From assembly GCF_009914755.1 (NCBI RefSeq), contig NC_060938.1: DNA of 64,000 bases. One strand, written 5' to 3'. The translations under genes were made by a program, and so were the position numbers. Shown one piece after another: positions 35,791 to 48,828 of the stretch (positions are counted from its first letter, which is position 1; each line of letters starts with the position of its first letter). The notes under the pieces are model-generated. The model did no database searches and was not told where the DNA came from. It was given only the letters and a program-made list of their open reading frames with translations. Origin of the DNA: the human T2T-CHM13v2.0 reference genome, Homo sapiens.

Positions 35791-38700
35791 TTGCTTCCTT
35801 TTCTTTTCCCTGGTGAATACTGAGTGAACTGAGCATTGTTTATGATGTCCGATAACAATAAATGCAATATATATTATATATAATACGTGTAACAGCATAT
35901 TTGATTCATATATAACATATATATAATGAAGACCACTTCCTACTTTCCAGTAGTCTATATTCGACAGGATGTAAGGTAAACAGTTGTTATTTATTCTTTT
36001 CTTTCAGTTGTTTTTTTTAATGCCAACAACTTGAAAGACACCTGGTACCCGCGTGTGAGTGAACAGCATATATTTCTAGCCAAAGCAAAGCAGTGACATT
36101 TTTAGGCCATTCAGGACCAGTGCAATGTATTGTTTATATTACTTCTGCCAAGGTGGGAATTCCTCCTCTACCTTGAAAAAGAACTCTGAATTCAATGAGA
36201 GAGAAGCACAGTAAGGAATGAGCCCTTAGATTCGGAAGTCTACCGTTCAGTAATTTAACATACCACATGTATGCACAGCAGATGTAGCATTGCAATGAAT
36301 ATTTGTGCTCTAGAATAACTATTGGAATCCTCTCCTTGAGGCAAAAGGAGCCTGTGCTCACCTGTGCTCCAAATGGAGCCCCGGTTCCTCTGGGACAAAC
36401 CAGAGATAATATGGAGTTGCCCCTGTGGATCAGAAGCCAGTCACTGTCTTTTGACCAGAGCCTATTGTCCATTTGGCTGGATGTTCAAATCAATAAATCT
36501 GCATCCCTCAAGGCTGGAAGTAAAGCCTAAACTAGCATCCCAGAGGAAAAAGTCAGCACTTTGATACACAGCTCCCCCAAAATGGAATTTTAAGGAGCAG
36601 AAGTAAAACCTCATCTTGCTCAGAAAGTGGGTCTCTTTGTTCTTCTCATGTTTTAACACTTTGCTAGCTCAGTGTCTCTCCTTTAATTCTGCTGCCTCTT
36701 TATTCTGCTGCCTCTCTTTTAAGGACTGAAGAGAGGCCATCTATGGCTCTTAACTGTTTTCTCACCTAAGAGGTTTCAATTTACATGTTGTGGGAAACCC
36801 TTACGAAAGGTGTTTTGAGGCATCACAGTTTGCTGTTCTGGATTTATTTTTTAGCAGAAAAATAGTCAAATTTAACTAATCCAATTTGGTGTTGTGATTG
36901 GGAAACATGTGGCTTTTGGTACCTGACAGTATGAACCTATGCTATCCTTTGTGCAGTTGACTCACTGAAAGGCAAAGGAAGGAACAGAAAGCTCTTAGAG
37001 ATTCTTAAGGGTTAAATAAAGCCTAAACCTTTGATGTGTGTGCTTTTATCCACTTTGAGAAAATATACTTGACTTAGATTCTTATTCCTGAAAATAAGGC
37101 TTTTGTTTCTGCACAGTGCTGGATTGTTAAAAGTCAGATTGCAAAGACACAATTTGTGAATCTTTTTCTTCCCCGTAAACAGACACATGTGGGCACTTTG
37201 GGCACCATCCAGGTTCTCCTTGAAGTCGCTTGGAGTCCACATGTGTGTGCCTGAGCAGTATAGCATCACTTCCTGAGTGCATTCGGAGGGCAATATGGCA
37301 TTTTAATGAGCGCTATCACAGTGTGATTGTATCAAAAGGCCAAAAAATTTAAGAAATATTTGTTTCTTTCCAACTCTTTTAACTGCTGCCAAAACAGAGT
37401 GGAAAGATAGGCAATGGAGTCCTGTTCTCACTCTCCAGCCAGGCTTCTCATATGGCTCAAGGGCAGACCCACTTCTTCCCAAGGCTAACCCATTGCTTAC
37501 GGAATGGAGGCAGTTTTCTCACAGAGCCTCTCCTTATTAACAGCAAAGCTGTCTTAGCAGCTATTAAATGCTCACTTCTAATGTCTGATATGCATAGTGC
37601 CCGAATTCAGGCTCTGCCGTTGTCCTAACGGAGTTATGTCACAACAGTGAAGAACTCTGGGTTTGAAGGGAAAGTTGAGTATGTCAGAGATTATACTCTA
37701 TCACGTATGGGCATTTTCTCTGCAGTCTGAGCCTGAATTGGAAGAACATCACAGATGCATGGCACATTGGACAAGGAGCACATGCATGCATTTAAATCAT
37801 GTATATCTTACTTTTTTACTGATGTAATTGTGAAATATGTTCTTTTTGCATTCATAATTAGGGGGTGGAACAGATGGTGAAGGCTTAGTTTAAAATAATC
37901 TGTCATTAAAATAACCTAGCCTACTGGTAATTCTTCTCTCTAACTGGAGTTAAGTCACAGGAAAAGAGTTTGGGGGTGATTTTTCCCCCTTCTGTACTGG
38001 AATGTCAAAGAAAGAACTACTAATTTCAGAGTGCTTACATACTCAAAACTTGTCCCTAAAGGAGCACCATGGTAAGATGTCACTCTGTGAAATTTGGCTG
38101 CAGAGGAATATGCACAAAAAGGAAAGCAGAGGCAAAACTCCTTTGACAAATATAAATCCATTTAGCACAATGCATTAAACATTAGTATACCTTCAGTCAT
38201 GGACCTGTGGTTAGTTCCACACCCTGCAAGGAAGTAACCTCATCATTTGACAAGTACTGTTAGAAGCATTCAGCTTTTGGGGTTAAGAAACTATGCCTTA
38301 CACTTTATATGTTACACTAATGTCAGGGGATATAAATTATAATTACAGGCTTTATTATTCAGAGATGCTGTAACTCCTGACTTCTGTATCCAAGCCTCAC
38401 TTCTTGCATGTGTACCTCATAGACTTACTGGGATGTGACAAAGGAAATCTCCGATCAGCCCTGTCTGGATGGCTAAGAACTGTTTTCAGTAATAAGAAAA
38501 CTGTCTTGATAAATCAGATACTTGCATGTCTTTAAAATGTCTGTTTTACTGTTTCTTCTAAGATTGCGTTTCCCATCTGCTTTGAGGAAAGCAGATAGAT
38601 TTCAGCATGGCTTTATAATAAATCTTCTTGAGGAGGGACTAGCATTAACATTTGTGTAGGTTCTTTTTCATCTTAATCCAACCTTAGTTAATAATCAGAA

Positions 38701-39226
38701 AATTCTACATAGTGAGTAAGAAGATGTAATTAACCCTTTGACCCCAGAATCTTAATTGGCGCCTGTTGAAAACAGTGGGCAGTTGAAAAAAAATTAAAAA
38801 GTAGCCTGCAGTGATTGAACTGCATAGTATATAATAGCTTTCTTGATTCAAAATTTAAAAAAAATTCCACAGAACTTTGAGATTAATCACACTTGGTTTC
38901 CAAGACTAACTGACTGAATGTTTTCTTCCTCCTCCCACCTTTTTAAGTTGATAACACCCAAATTAAACCAACAATGATGCTACCCTTCAAACTTTTCTAA
39001 GTGGCAACATGCAGCTACCTTATAGCAGAGACAATCCTGAATCAGAAGGTAGTGGCTATGAGAAAAGTGACCTTGGCAATCCACTTTAGACCTGACTTCA
39101 TATCCCATTTTTTATTTGAAAGGTAATCAAATCTGAGATACGGACATTGATCTGAGACTATAGGTATAATTGACTAAAATGATAAGCATAAAAGTGAAAA
39201 ATATGGTAAATTAACCAATTGTTGTT

Positions 39227-39228
<2 letters not shown>

Positions 39229-39256
<28 letters not shown>
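39229..39256. repeat. (TG)14 microsatellite
   Basis: Read directly from the sequence. Confidence 0.95.
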
Positions 39257-39259
<3 letters not shown>

Positions 39260-40019
39260 CACTTCTGTGATGACTAACAACTAATTTAACTAGTTGTTTT
39301 CCCCCCTACCAAATTGGCCGTTATTTTTAATTGAATTGACTGGATGTCTTTGTGTCATGTAGACGTAGACTCATTTTAATCTCACCAGGAAATTGGAACA
39401 TGTGTTGAAGCCTCTGTTTTTGCCAAAAAAAACTGGCCAGTTCTTAGATCGCCACTGCTTAATAGCATCAGATGTTTAGCCTCCAGATATTCTTTTACCC
39501 TGCTATGGTGCCCAAACCTCCTCAAATATTTTAGTAAGTACATGAAATCTGAACCTCATGTTAAAAATCACAATCCCCTTTAGTGAGGAAGTAAAGGATA
39601 TGCGTAGACAGCAAATGACACATCTATTCAGAAATAGCACTGGGTACTTTGAAGGACAGAAAAGAATCCATTCTATTCTGAATATCAGGAGGTATCCCAG
39701 ACCATAGTGGAAATCTGTGGAATCTGAATCTGTAAATAATCTAAGTCCATAAGCTGGACTCCTCAAGAAAATAATTTCCATCCTTACTAGTCATTATGGT
39801 ATTTGTGATATAAGGAAAAGGGAGCACTGAGCATGGAGGTAGAACTGGATTTCATAAATCTTGATTGAGTGGTTGTTAGATGCCAGCTAGAGAAAGATAA
39901 ATAAGGCATTGCCTCACTGTTGAGAAATTCAGTGATTCAGAAATTCTCTAGTTGAGAGCTGAATAAGCCAACCAGAGGCATACAATGCCATAAATGCTTT
40001 AATAATTGTATGGGAGTGA

Positions 40020-40135
40020 AGAAGATTTAATCCTGGCTCTGCCACTGACTGGCCATCTGATCTTGTCTGGCCACTTAGCCTCTCTGTGCCTCAGTTTCCT
40101 CCTCTGTAAAATGAAGGTTTAGAACTATAGGAGAT
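40020..40135 (+). mobile_element. MIR/MIR3 SINE core
   Basis: aatcctggctctgccactgactgg...cacttagcctctctgtgcctcagtttcctcctctgtaaaatga. Confidence 0.8.
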
Positions 40136-40899
40136 TATCCCCACACCAGCTTCATCAGTCCATCCTTCTGCACCCAACCAGGCTTCCAACTGTCCCTTGT
40201 GTCCTTGGAAGTTCTCCTGTGATCTTTCTTTGTGTTGTTGCTCTAATTGACAATGACATATTAAAATTTGAGAAGATGACTTACACAGTTCTCCGTGATT
40301 GTGTACCAAGCCATGGCTATCAGGTCGAATGGAAAATCTAATAAGCCCTTTTATAAGATTCAAGGGAATAGTCACAAAGGGGAGGGTCCTAATTTTCATG
40401 AGTCATCCTCAGGAGACATCTTGTTTGAGGTAAAGATATGTTGAAATTAGATCCTTCCCAAACTTGTAGGAAGGAAATATCTCTCCCCTTGCACTGCTTC
40501 AAAGTGAGGTTCCGCTATACTACATCCTGCGCTTGAAAGGCTCTATCAGAAAAGACTGCAGAGGGTTTGGCAGTTTTGTCAAAGGTAAGGAGCCCAGTTC
40601 CCTTAGACAGTATTTTATTCCCAAAAGCTGGTTCCGTGGGAAATATTTCGCAGCAAAGGTGGCCAGGTAACCTCCTGTGGAAGTAACTTAAGTAATCTCT
40701 TGCCATCCTACTTCCCCTCTGTCTTCTACCCACAATGAAAGGATTCTATTGTTTGAACACAAATTGTTCAAAAGCAAGGGGTGATGTTTAAGATGTACAG
40801 GCTGCCTCTTAGGGTAAATATTTTAATTTCAGAAATGCTGTGAATATTCGCCTTTTCATTAATTTACACATGTCAATTAGAGAATCTTTATTTTTATTG

Positions 40900-41440
<541 letters not shown>

Positions 41441-41605
41441 TAGCTAAAAGCTCATCTATCATGTAATCTGCTCTTTAGTGGAACAATATAATGTGACTTT
41501 TGAATTGTTTTCAGAACCCAAGAAATCAGAGGAGGGGATTGGGTGTCATCCACAGTTTCTGACCAGTGGGGCAGTGAAAACAGGTCAGGAAACAGGAAAA
41601 TTCAC

Positions 41606-41932
<327 letters not shown>

Positions 41933-43076
41933 TAATATATGTGTGTGCATCTGTATGCATACATATATATACACATATATATATAAGAATATATATAATA
42001 TACATTCCCCCAAAATTCAGTATTTTAGGAGACTGAAATTATTGCTAGGATTTGAGAAGGCACATATTTCTAACTAAATTTACACGCTTCTTCCACCTTT
42101 CTATATTTTACAAATTTTGTCATTAATTTAGTGTTTTCATACACCTTGCTCCTAGCGCGGGTTTCCTGTATTTGCAAATTCACGGCCTTTTTTTTTTTTT
42201 TTAACACCACTCACATTTAAAAACTTTTTTTCCTGTACAAGCAGCATTTGTGCAACTTACCTTGTTAAAAATAACTATAAAGCAAAACAAAAGACATGCG
42301 GATGACAGAGGGTGTAGGATGCACTGGATTGCAAGAATGTGAAACAAATTTATTCTCAGTTTGAATGCTGTATTGCAGTTGGAGTTCATGATGATTTACA
42401 CCATTCATCAAACTGAAAATGCAACCCTCCATTTGGAAAGTGGACTGAGGTTTTAGGAGTTACAGATGATGTGTAGCATCCTTTTTCTTTCTTTATTCTT
42501 TCTTTCTTTCTTCTTTTGTTCCATTTCAGGAGTGGTGATAGAAACTAAAACTGTCACTATAAAACTTTAACAGAGAGTTTTGCAAAACAGGATTACAGTT
42601 TGTAAGATTGCAGCCCATAAACATTATCCCTTAATGTATTGACATTTCCTGTTGTTCTAACACAATGGGCACTGGGAGTAAAGAAGGCATAATTCCTTAT
42701 TAATTAGCAAATTGTTGATGTTCATAGTAGTGCAAGTAGTGATTTTACTTGCTCTTGATATAGGAAGCCTTTTTTTCTTTCATTTCATTACGATCTTTAT
42801 TCCTGTTCAACTATTTAATGGAGAATCTTGCTGATTTAATCTCAGTAACCACTGAATCCAAAAAAAATAAAGGCAACAGCTCATAAAATCAGCATGACCT
42901 TATTTTGTACATGAATGTAATGTATCTTGATCAAAATGACAGAGACATAAGTCCCTAAAGTAAAAGAAAGCTTTCAGTCTTAATTCAGACATTTAATTTG
43001 TTCATGTATAATGCAATATTAAAAGATCTTAGGACTTTCGTTAAACATGGAGAAAAGACGGTCTTAAATTCAGCGT

Positions 43077-43367
<291 letters not shown>

Positions 43368-43395
43368 TCAATGTATTGCTTTTTCTCAGTTGCCT

Positions 43396-43460
43396 TACTA
43401 ATTAAATCTGCATCCTTTGTATTTATTAATCTATTTATATATTTATTCTTTTTCCTGCAG
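43396..43460 (+). promoter_or_regulatory. Branch point, polypyrimidine tract and 3' splice site of the coding exon
   Basis: TACTAAT at 43396-43402, no AG dinucleotide from 43390 to the acceptor AG at 43459-43460, and a T-rich tract. Confidence 0.6.
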
Positions 43461-43550
43461 TCCCTGGATGGCTTTGTATTTGCACTAAATCAGGAAGGAA
43501 AATTTTTGTACATTTCCGAAACAGTCTCCATCTACCTAGGCCTCTCACAA
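43461..43550 (+). CDS. NPAS3: Internal coding exon (90 nt, phase 0/0) of neuronal PAS domain protein 3, PAS-A domain; probably exon 5
   Basis: Translates to [30 protein letters not shown], the NPAS1/NPAS3 PAS-A segment. Acceptor ttctttttcctgcag| and donor CAA|gtaagt are canonical. Huge AT-rich introns fit NPAS3 rather than compact GC-rich NPAS1. Confidence 0.93.
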
Positions 43551-45882
43551 GTAAGTAAAACAATTTTAGATTCTTGGCAGCGATTATGAAGCCTTCTTCA
43601 GCCTCATGTTTTTCCTTCTTCAAGGAATATTCTGTTTAGCATGAATTATCAAATGTATTATTTAATGGCTTTACCTGACTGTTCTCTCAAAGTCAGTGAG
43701 AAACCTGTGTGTCAGTGTTGAACATTCAGAATAAACTTGTGCTCAAAAACTTTAGTTCCGCTCCCCACCCCCCAAGGATCATTATTAATTTATCGAGAAC
43801 AAATGAAGTTTCTTCCCTTGGTTGTTTTGAACTTTGAAACCTCTGTGCCCAGTAGGAGAGGGACACACTAATAGTGCTTCCCTTGTGTCCTATTACTGGA
43901 TGTTTATGGAGTACCCTGCATTATCCTGGGAGCTGACACAATGGCAGGAGTCATTTGGAGTCAAGAAATGCCGAAAGAGACCATTAAAATGTGTTGCAGG
44001 GGGGGTTCCAGCAAGGATATATTTTGCTGCCTTTGCAAATGCTTCCTAATGCTGAAAGATGATTTCATAAAATAAGACAGCTTTTCATTATTTGCCATTT
44101 AATTACTCACATGTGTTTTTCGGAGGGGAAAAGAAAAGAAAATGGAGGCTGATGGGCCAGGGACAAAAATCCTGGATGTTACTTCTCGATATTCCCCTGG
44201 AACACAAAAATTTAAGTTCCAGTGAATGCCAAGACACGGGCTGCATCTGGTGAATGCCAAAATATCCTGAAGCAAGGTTTGCACTTCAGCTAATTATCCA
44301 GATGTTTTCTCCATAAAAATGCTGAACATCTGGCTATTTGCGCCCATACAGGTGATTGGCTGAGTTTGACCCCTTTCGTCTGGTAGTTTGGCATGAGGAA
44401 AACACTGCCTCAGTGGGAGGGATTTTGTGTGTGTGTGATAATCTGCCAAGTTGGATAATCTACCGCTCGTTCAGTTGCCCCTTGAAGCTAGAGATAGAGA
44501 TAAGATTTGTCTCTCTCCTTTAAAGCAGGACCTACCCCAGACTCGTTGCTTCTGAAAGTTGGCACAGCTCTAAGGAGACATCCAGCAAGGCTGGACTCTT
44601 TTGGCTGTGAGTGAGTTTGCTGGGTAATAGCTAAATCAAGAAAGACATTGGAAAATAATAGAGAGAGAGATTTGGCATGTAAGGAGGCTTGGGGAAGGAG
44701 GAGAAACACTGCCAAATTTGATTATTTACTGTTGAGAATCCAAACAAGGGTCTGGTCTGTTAATGCCTTTTGAAGAACATGCAAGCTCTCAGCTATAGTG
44801 TGTGGAGTAATTCTATTTTATGTGGACTTTAGCAAACCAAATGATAGAAACCGAGCTTTTGTTAACTCGGTATTACTATTCTTGTATCTTATTGAAAGAT
44901 CTGGTTTTGTAATAGCCTTTAACAGACTTTAAGCCTTGTCTTAATCTGTCTGGGACCTAGTATTGAGAATCTTCAATTTTGAAATTGGTGAGCCACCATG
45001 TCGCGATGTTGTTATTACCATACAGAACTGGAAACACCACTGTTTGTTGTTCTGCAATGCACATATTCATGTTTCATGCAGGGTATCCAGCAAAGTTTAA
45101 TAAGCCAGTAAAGAAGAAGGGTGAATAATTAGTTTAAGCAGGTAAATGCTAATTAGGGAACTCCTGAAAAGCATCCATTATATACTAGCTCAAAACACAT
45201 TTTACAGCCCTGCTTAGTGGTGTAATCCAAATTCTGTCAAGGCAACTGCATTTTCTGTAATTGAGATGTGTATGTTTGCTTTGCATAACAGATGGCTCTG
45301 TATGCTTAGACTGATAGCTAGGAAAATAATAATTGCATTATTCTGGCCAAAAGAATATTAGCTCTTGGGTTTTGGCCATTTCAGTCAGTCCTCCTGCCAG
45401 CACAGCATATGCACATATATGGATCGGATTTTCAAGGAAATTGATGCATCTGGAATAGTGCGGCCATCTGAAATATCATCTGTTCAAGAAAAATTTGGCT
45501 TTAACCCTATGCTGGTTTCTCCTTAAAAGTATTTTATTTAGCTGCTTTTCTACTGTATCATTAAGTAAAATCTGAGACAAATAATTGACGCTTCTGTGAA
45601 ATAAAGCAACTGTGTAGACATGGTACAGTATCTGGAAATTTCTGTGCAGTCAGTCCTTGCTTTTATATATAATGGGTTTTAAAGCACGTACCAGTAGTCG
45701 GCATCTTGACTTATCCAGGGGCAGACCCTGGCCAAAATGTGCCATTGCCTTCTTCTCCTGTGGTGGATGTGTTCAGTGTTGGCAGAAACTGTCAAATATG
45801 CAGGTAGAGGCTATGAGATAGGAGACATGGGCCTTCATTTGGCAGCACTATACAACTGAATTGATGAGGGGTCAATCAGTAG

Positions 45883-45952
45883 AAAGTGATTTTTGCATAT
45901 ACCAATTTATGTATTTAAAAGTGATTTTTGCGTATACCAGTTTATGTATTTA
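45883..45952. repeat. Tandem duplication, 2 x 35 bp
   Basis: aaagtgatttttgc(a/g)tatacca(a/g)tttatgtattta twice, 2 mismatches. Confidence 0.92.
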
Positions 45953-46237
45953 GAGTTCAAAACTAAAGCTTAAGTATAGTTCTGCATTAATATGAAAAGA
46001 ATCTGATAAGAACATGATATATTTTTAAAAGCCCAAAGCGTGAGGGAAAAACAAAAAATCTATGCTAAAACTCTGGAAAAGAGTTTTCAACCCAGTTTGA
46101 GTCCTAATAGAGAAATAGAGGTCCCCAAGATACAACTCTTTCCAAGTTTCATCAATGCCCTTTTTCAGTTTTAGGGGTTGTGGGGTGATATACAAAGTAA
46201 ATATACTCTAAGTAAATTAAGCATTTGTTCTTTTATG

Positions 46238-46240
<3 letters not shown>

Positions 46241-46272
<32 letters not shown>
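46241..46272. repeat. (AC)16 microsatellite
   Basis: Read directly from the sequence. Confidence 0.95.
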
Positions 46273-46276
<4 letters not shown>

Positions 46277-46868
46277 AATCAAATGCAAACCAAATGCTCT
46301 GCTTGTATGCTACAACTTTGGCTAAGTGGTTATTCTATCAAATTCTAGACAGTGATAAGGAATCTGTAAAGTTATGGACCCTCCTTTCCTTTCCAAATAG
46401 TTTTGTTAAATAAAGACAATGTGTAACTCTCTCATCAAAGACTTGTCCAGTGAAATTGTTCAGGAGGACTGTGAGCATGTCAGTTTGTTACAGAGCATAG
46501 CTATGTCTGTATTGCTAACTCTCAAGATATCCCTTCCTCAGTTTTATTTTCTTTCAATGTGTACATAAATGTGGTGGCTTTAAAACAGCTTATGCTCAGG
46601 ATAGAATTAGGATTCTTTTTTGGCTCACAAGAAAACAAGATAGGGAAACTTCTACTGAGCTCTGTTGTGTAGCATGGGGATAGAGACAGCCAGAGCGGAT
46701 TTTCTCTTTGACTCTTCCCTTGGGTGGGACAGCTCCTGGTGTCCAGGGCATGTGCATGCCAGGTATTCTCTTTTAAGTATTCTCATCTTGTTGTAATTAT
46801 GGGAATGAGTGAATGATGATGATTTCTGAAGCTCCTCAACAGTCCTCTTGACTTTGCCAGATACTCAT

Positions 46869-46872
<4 letters not shown>

Positions 46873-46950
<78 letters not shown>
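46873..46950. repeat. (AC)22(AG)17 compound microsatellite
   Basis: Read directly from the sequence. Confidence 0.95.
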
Positions 46951-46956
<6 letters not shown>

Positions 46957-48813
46957 TGTATATATTTAACCTAACAACATCCAAGAACTGGTTTCAGGTT
47001 ATAGAAGTATGCACTGTTGACTTGCTTTCCTGTGTAAAAATGATGCCCAGTTACTCACCAAGAGGCCTTATCTCAAAGGAAGATTCCCACATACTGATGC
47101 TGAGTTTGGCTTGCATAGAGACTGAATAACTTGTTATACCTGATGATGGCATTCAGAGCTGTTCATGACAGCTCTGCTTTCTAGCTATAATGGAACAGGC
47201 AGAAGTGAAAATGAATTAAGAAAACAGAATGGGTTCCCTAACACTGAAAATGTAGCAATGATATATAGCCAGCGTTTATGAAATCTCTTCCAAAATGTAA
47301 GGGGCTTAATCGCCAAAGAATCCAAAAGAGACTTTACATGATAAATAAAAAGTATTTCTAGTTGATACAGGATTTAAAGCTTAGAGAAATATTTATTTGT
47401 TGGCTTATACTCTCCTCTTTCCACAAAGGATTTCAAATAGCTTACATAAACACATATGATAAAAATAATGTCAAAATAGAACTAGGGAATAAGGAAAAGG
47501 AGATAAGCAAAAGTAGGTAAACTGTTACCACATAGTAGGAAAACACAACAAAGAGGCTCATAAAAAGACCATTTATTATAAATGGTCTTTATTAAAGTTT
47601 CAGATGTAACCATGAGCTTCATGGTAACCAAAGCAAAAAGGGAAATCCAGTAAACCATCAAAAATGAAAAACCATTGTTTCTTAAGGAAGGCAAAGTTTT
47701 TCTGGGACTGAAATCTGAAAATCTCACGTAGGATTTTGGAAGAGCTAACCTGTAGATTATGACATTGATTTGCTTCCACTGGAGTCCATATTCACAGCAA
47801 GGCTGTCGTGATCTACACAGCAAACACAAAGACCCAAATTACAAATCTCATAAGCAGGCAGAAGCCCATTCCCCGCCAGCCATAGCTGTGCGGAACACCA
47901 TCGGAGAGCGATGTTCTGTTCCCGCATCCAGGCCTCACAATAGCATTGGCTAGTTTGGTGGTTTACAGGGTTTCAAACTGGCTTTCCTTCACCCATACTC
48001 ACATCCTGCATTTTCTTCTAAGCCCTCATGAGAAATTCACATTATCGTTGCCAGAGGCAGAGGACATGAGAGACTCAGTTAACCAGAGAATACAATTGGA
48101 CTCACATCCTCTGAAAACATTTTTTCTGGAAAGTGAGGTGAGACAGGATAATTCTGATGCACACCTATCCCAGCAAAGTGCATTCAAGTTAATATAGGGT
48201 CCTGTTTACAACAAAAATGAGATCTAGAGCAAGCCAGGAAATTTACACATTTGTATGGGGTGATATCATTAGAAAATACCCTACGTGCCAGCTAAAACCT
48301 CTCTTGAAATGTGTTCTAATCACCCCCCACTGCCTCCAGTCCCCTCCTGCACATAATGAGTCACTTCCCTTTTTCTCACCAAGTCCTCACCCTTATATAA
48401 GGTATTTCCTGACTATTGTAAGCCAGCCAGAAGGTAGCTGCAGACAAGGTTACAAATTGGCTTGATTCAAGGCAGCTTGCTGAAAAGGGCAGGGTGGCTG
48501 CAGATTATAATAAGAGTTAATAGAGGTGAAGGTGAAAGGGGGTAAGTGGTTGTTTTAAATTTGGTATTTTTTTTAAGCCATGCAGATATATTTGCCATAA
48601 ACTCCTTTCCTTATCCTGTTGTTCATCTCCATATTTTAGATTTCTCTGCATTTGTTATATAAAATGGCAAATAAAATTACAGCTACAGCACACAAGTACA
48701 AGGTCAAATAAATGACAGAGCTCAGTCTATTTGTGAAGCTATTCTGAAAGGGAACCATGGTGCCAAATGTGGTTTATTTGAATAATAAAGAAGAATTAGA
48801 TTCCCCTGATAAC

Positions 48814-48828
48814 TTGGCCGAGGGCCAA
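48814..48828. promoter_or_regulatory. Perfect NFI palindromic site TTGGC(N5)GCCAA
   Basis: ttggc cgagg gccaa; motif match only, occupancy unknown. Confidence 0.5.

Noticed and set aside
43461-43550. Assignment to NPAS1
   Set aside because: The peptide is essentially shared, but NPAS1 is compact and GC-rich, which is incompatible with more than 60 kb of AT-rich intron around one exon.
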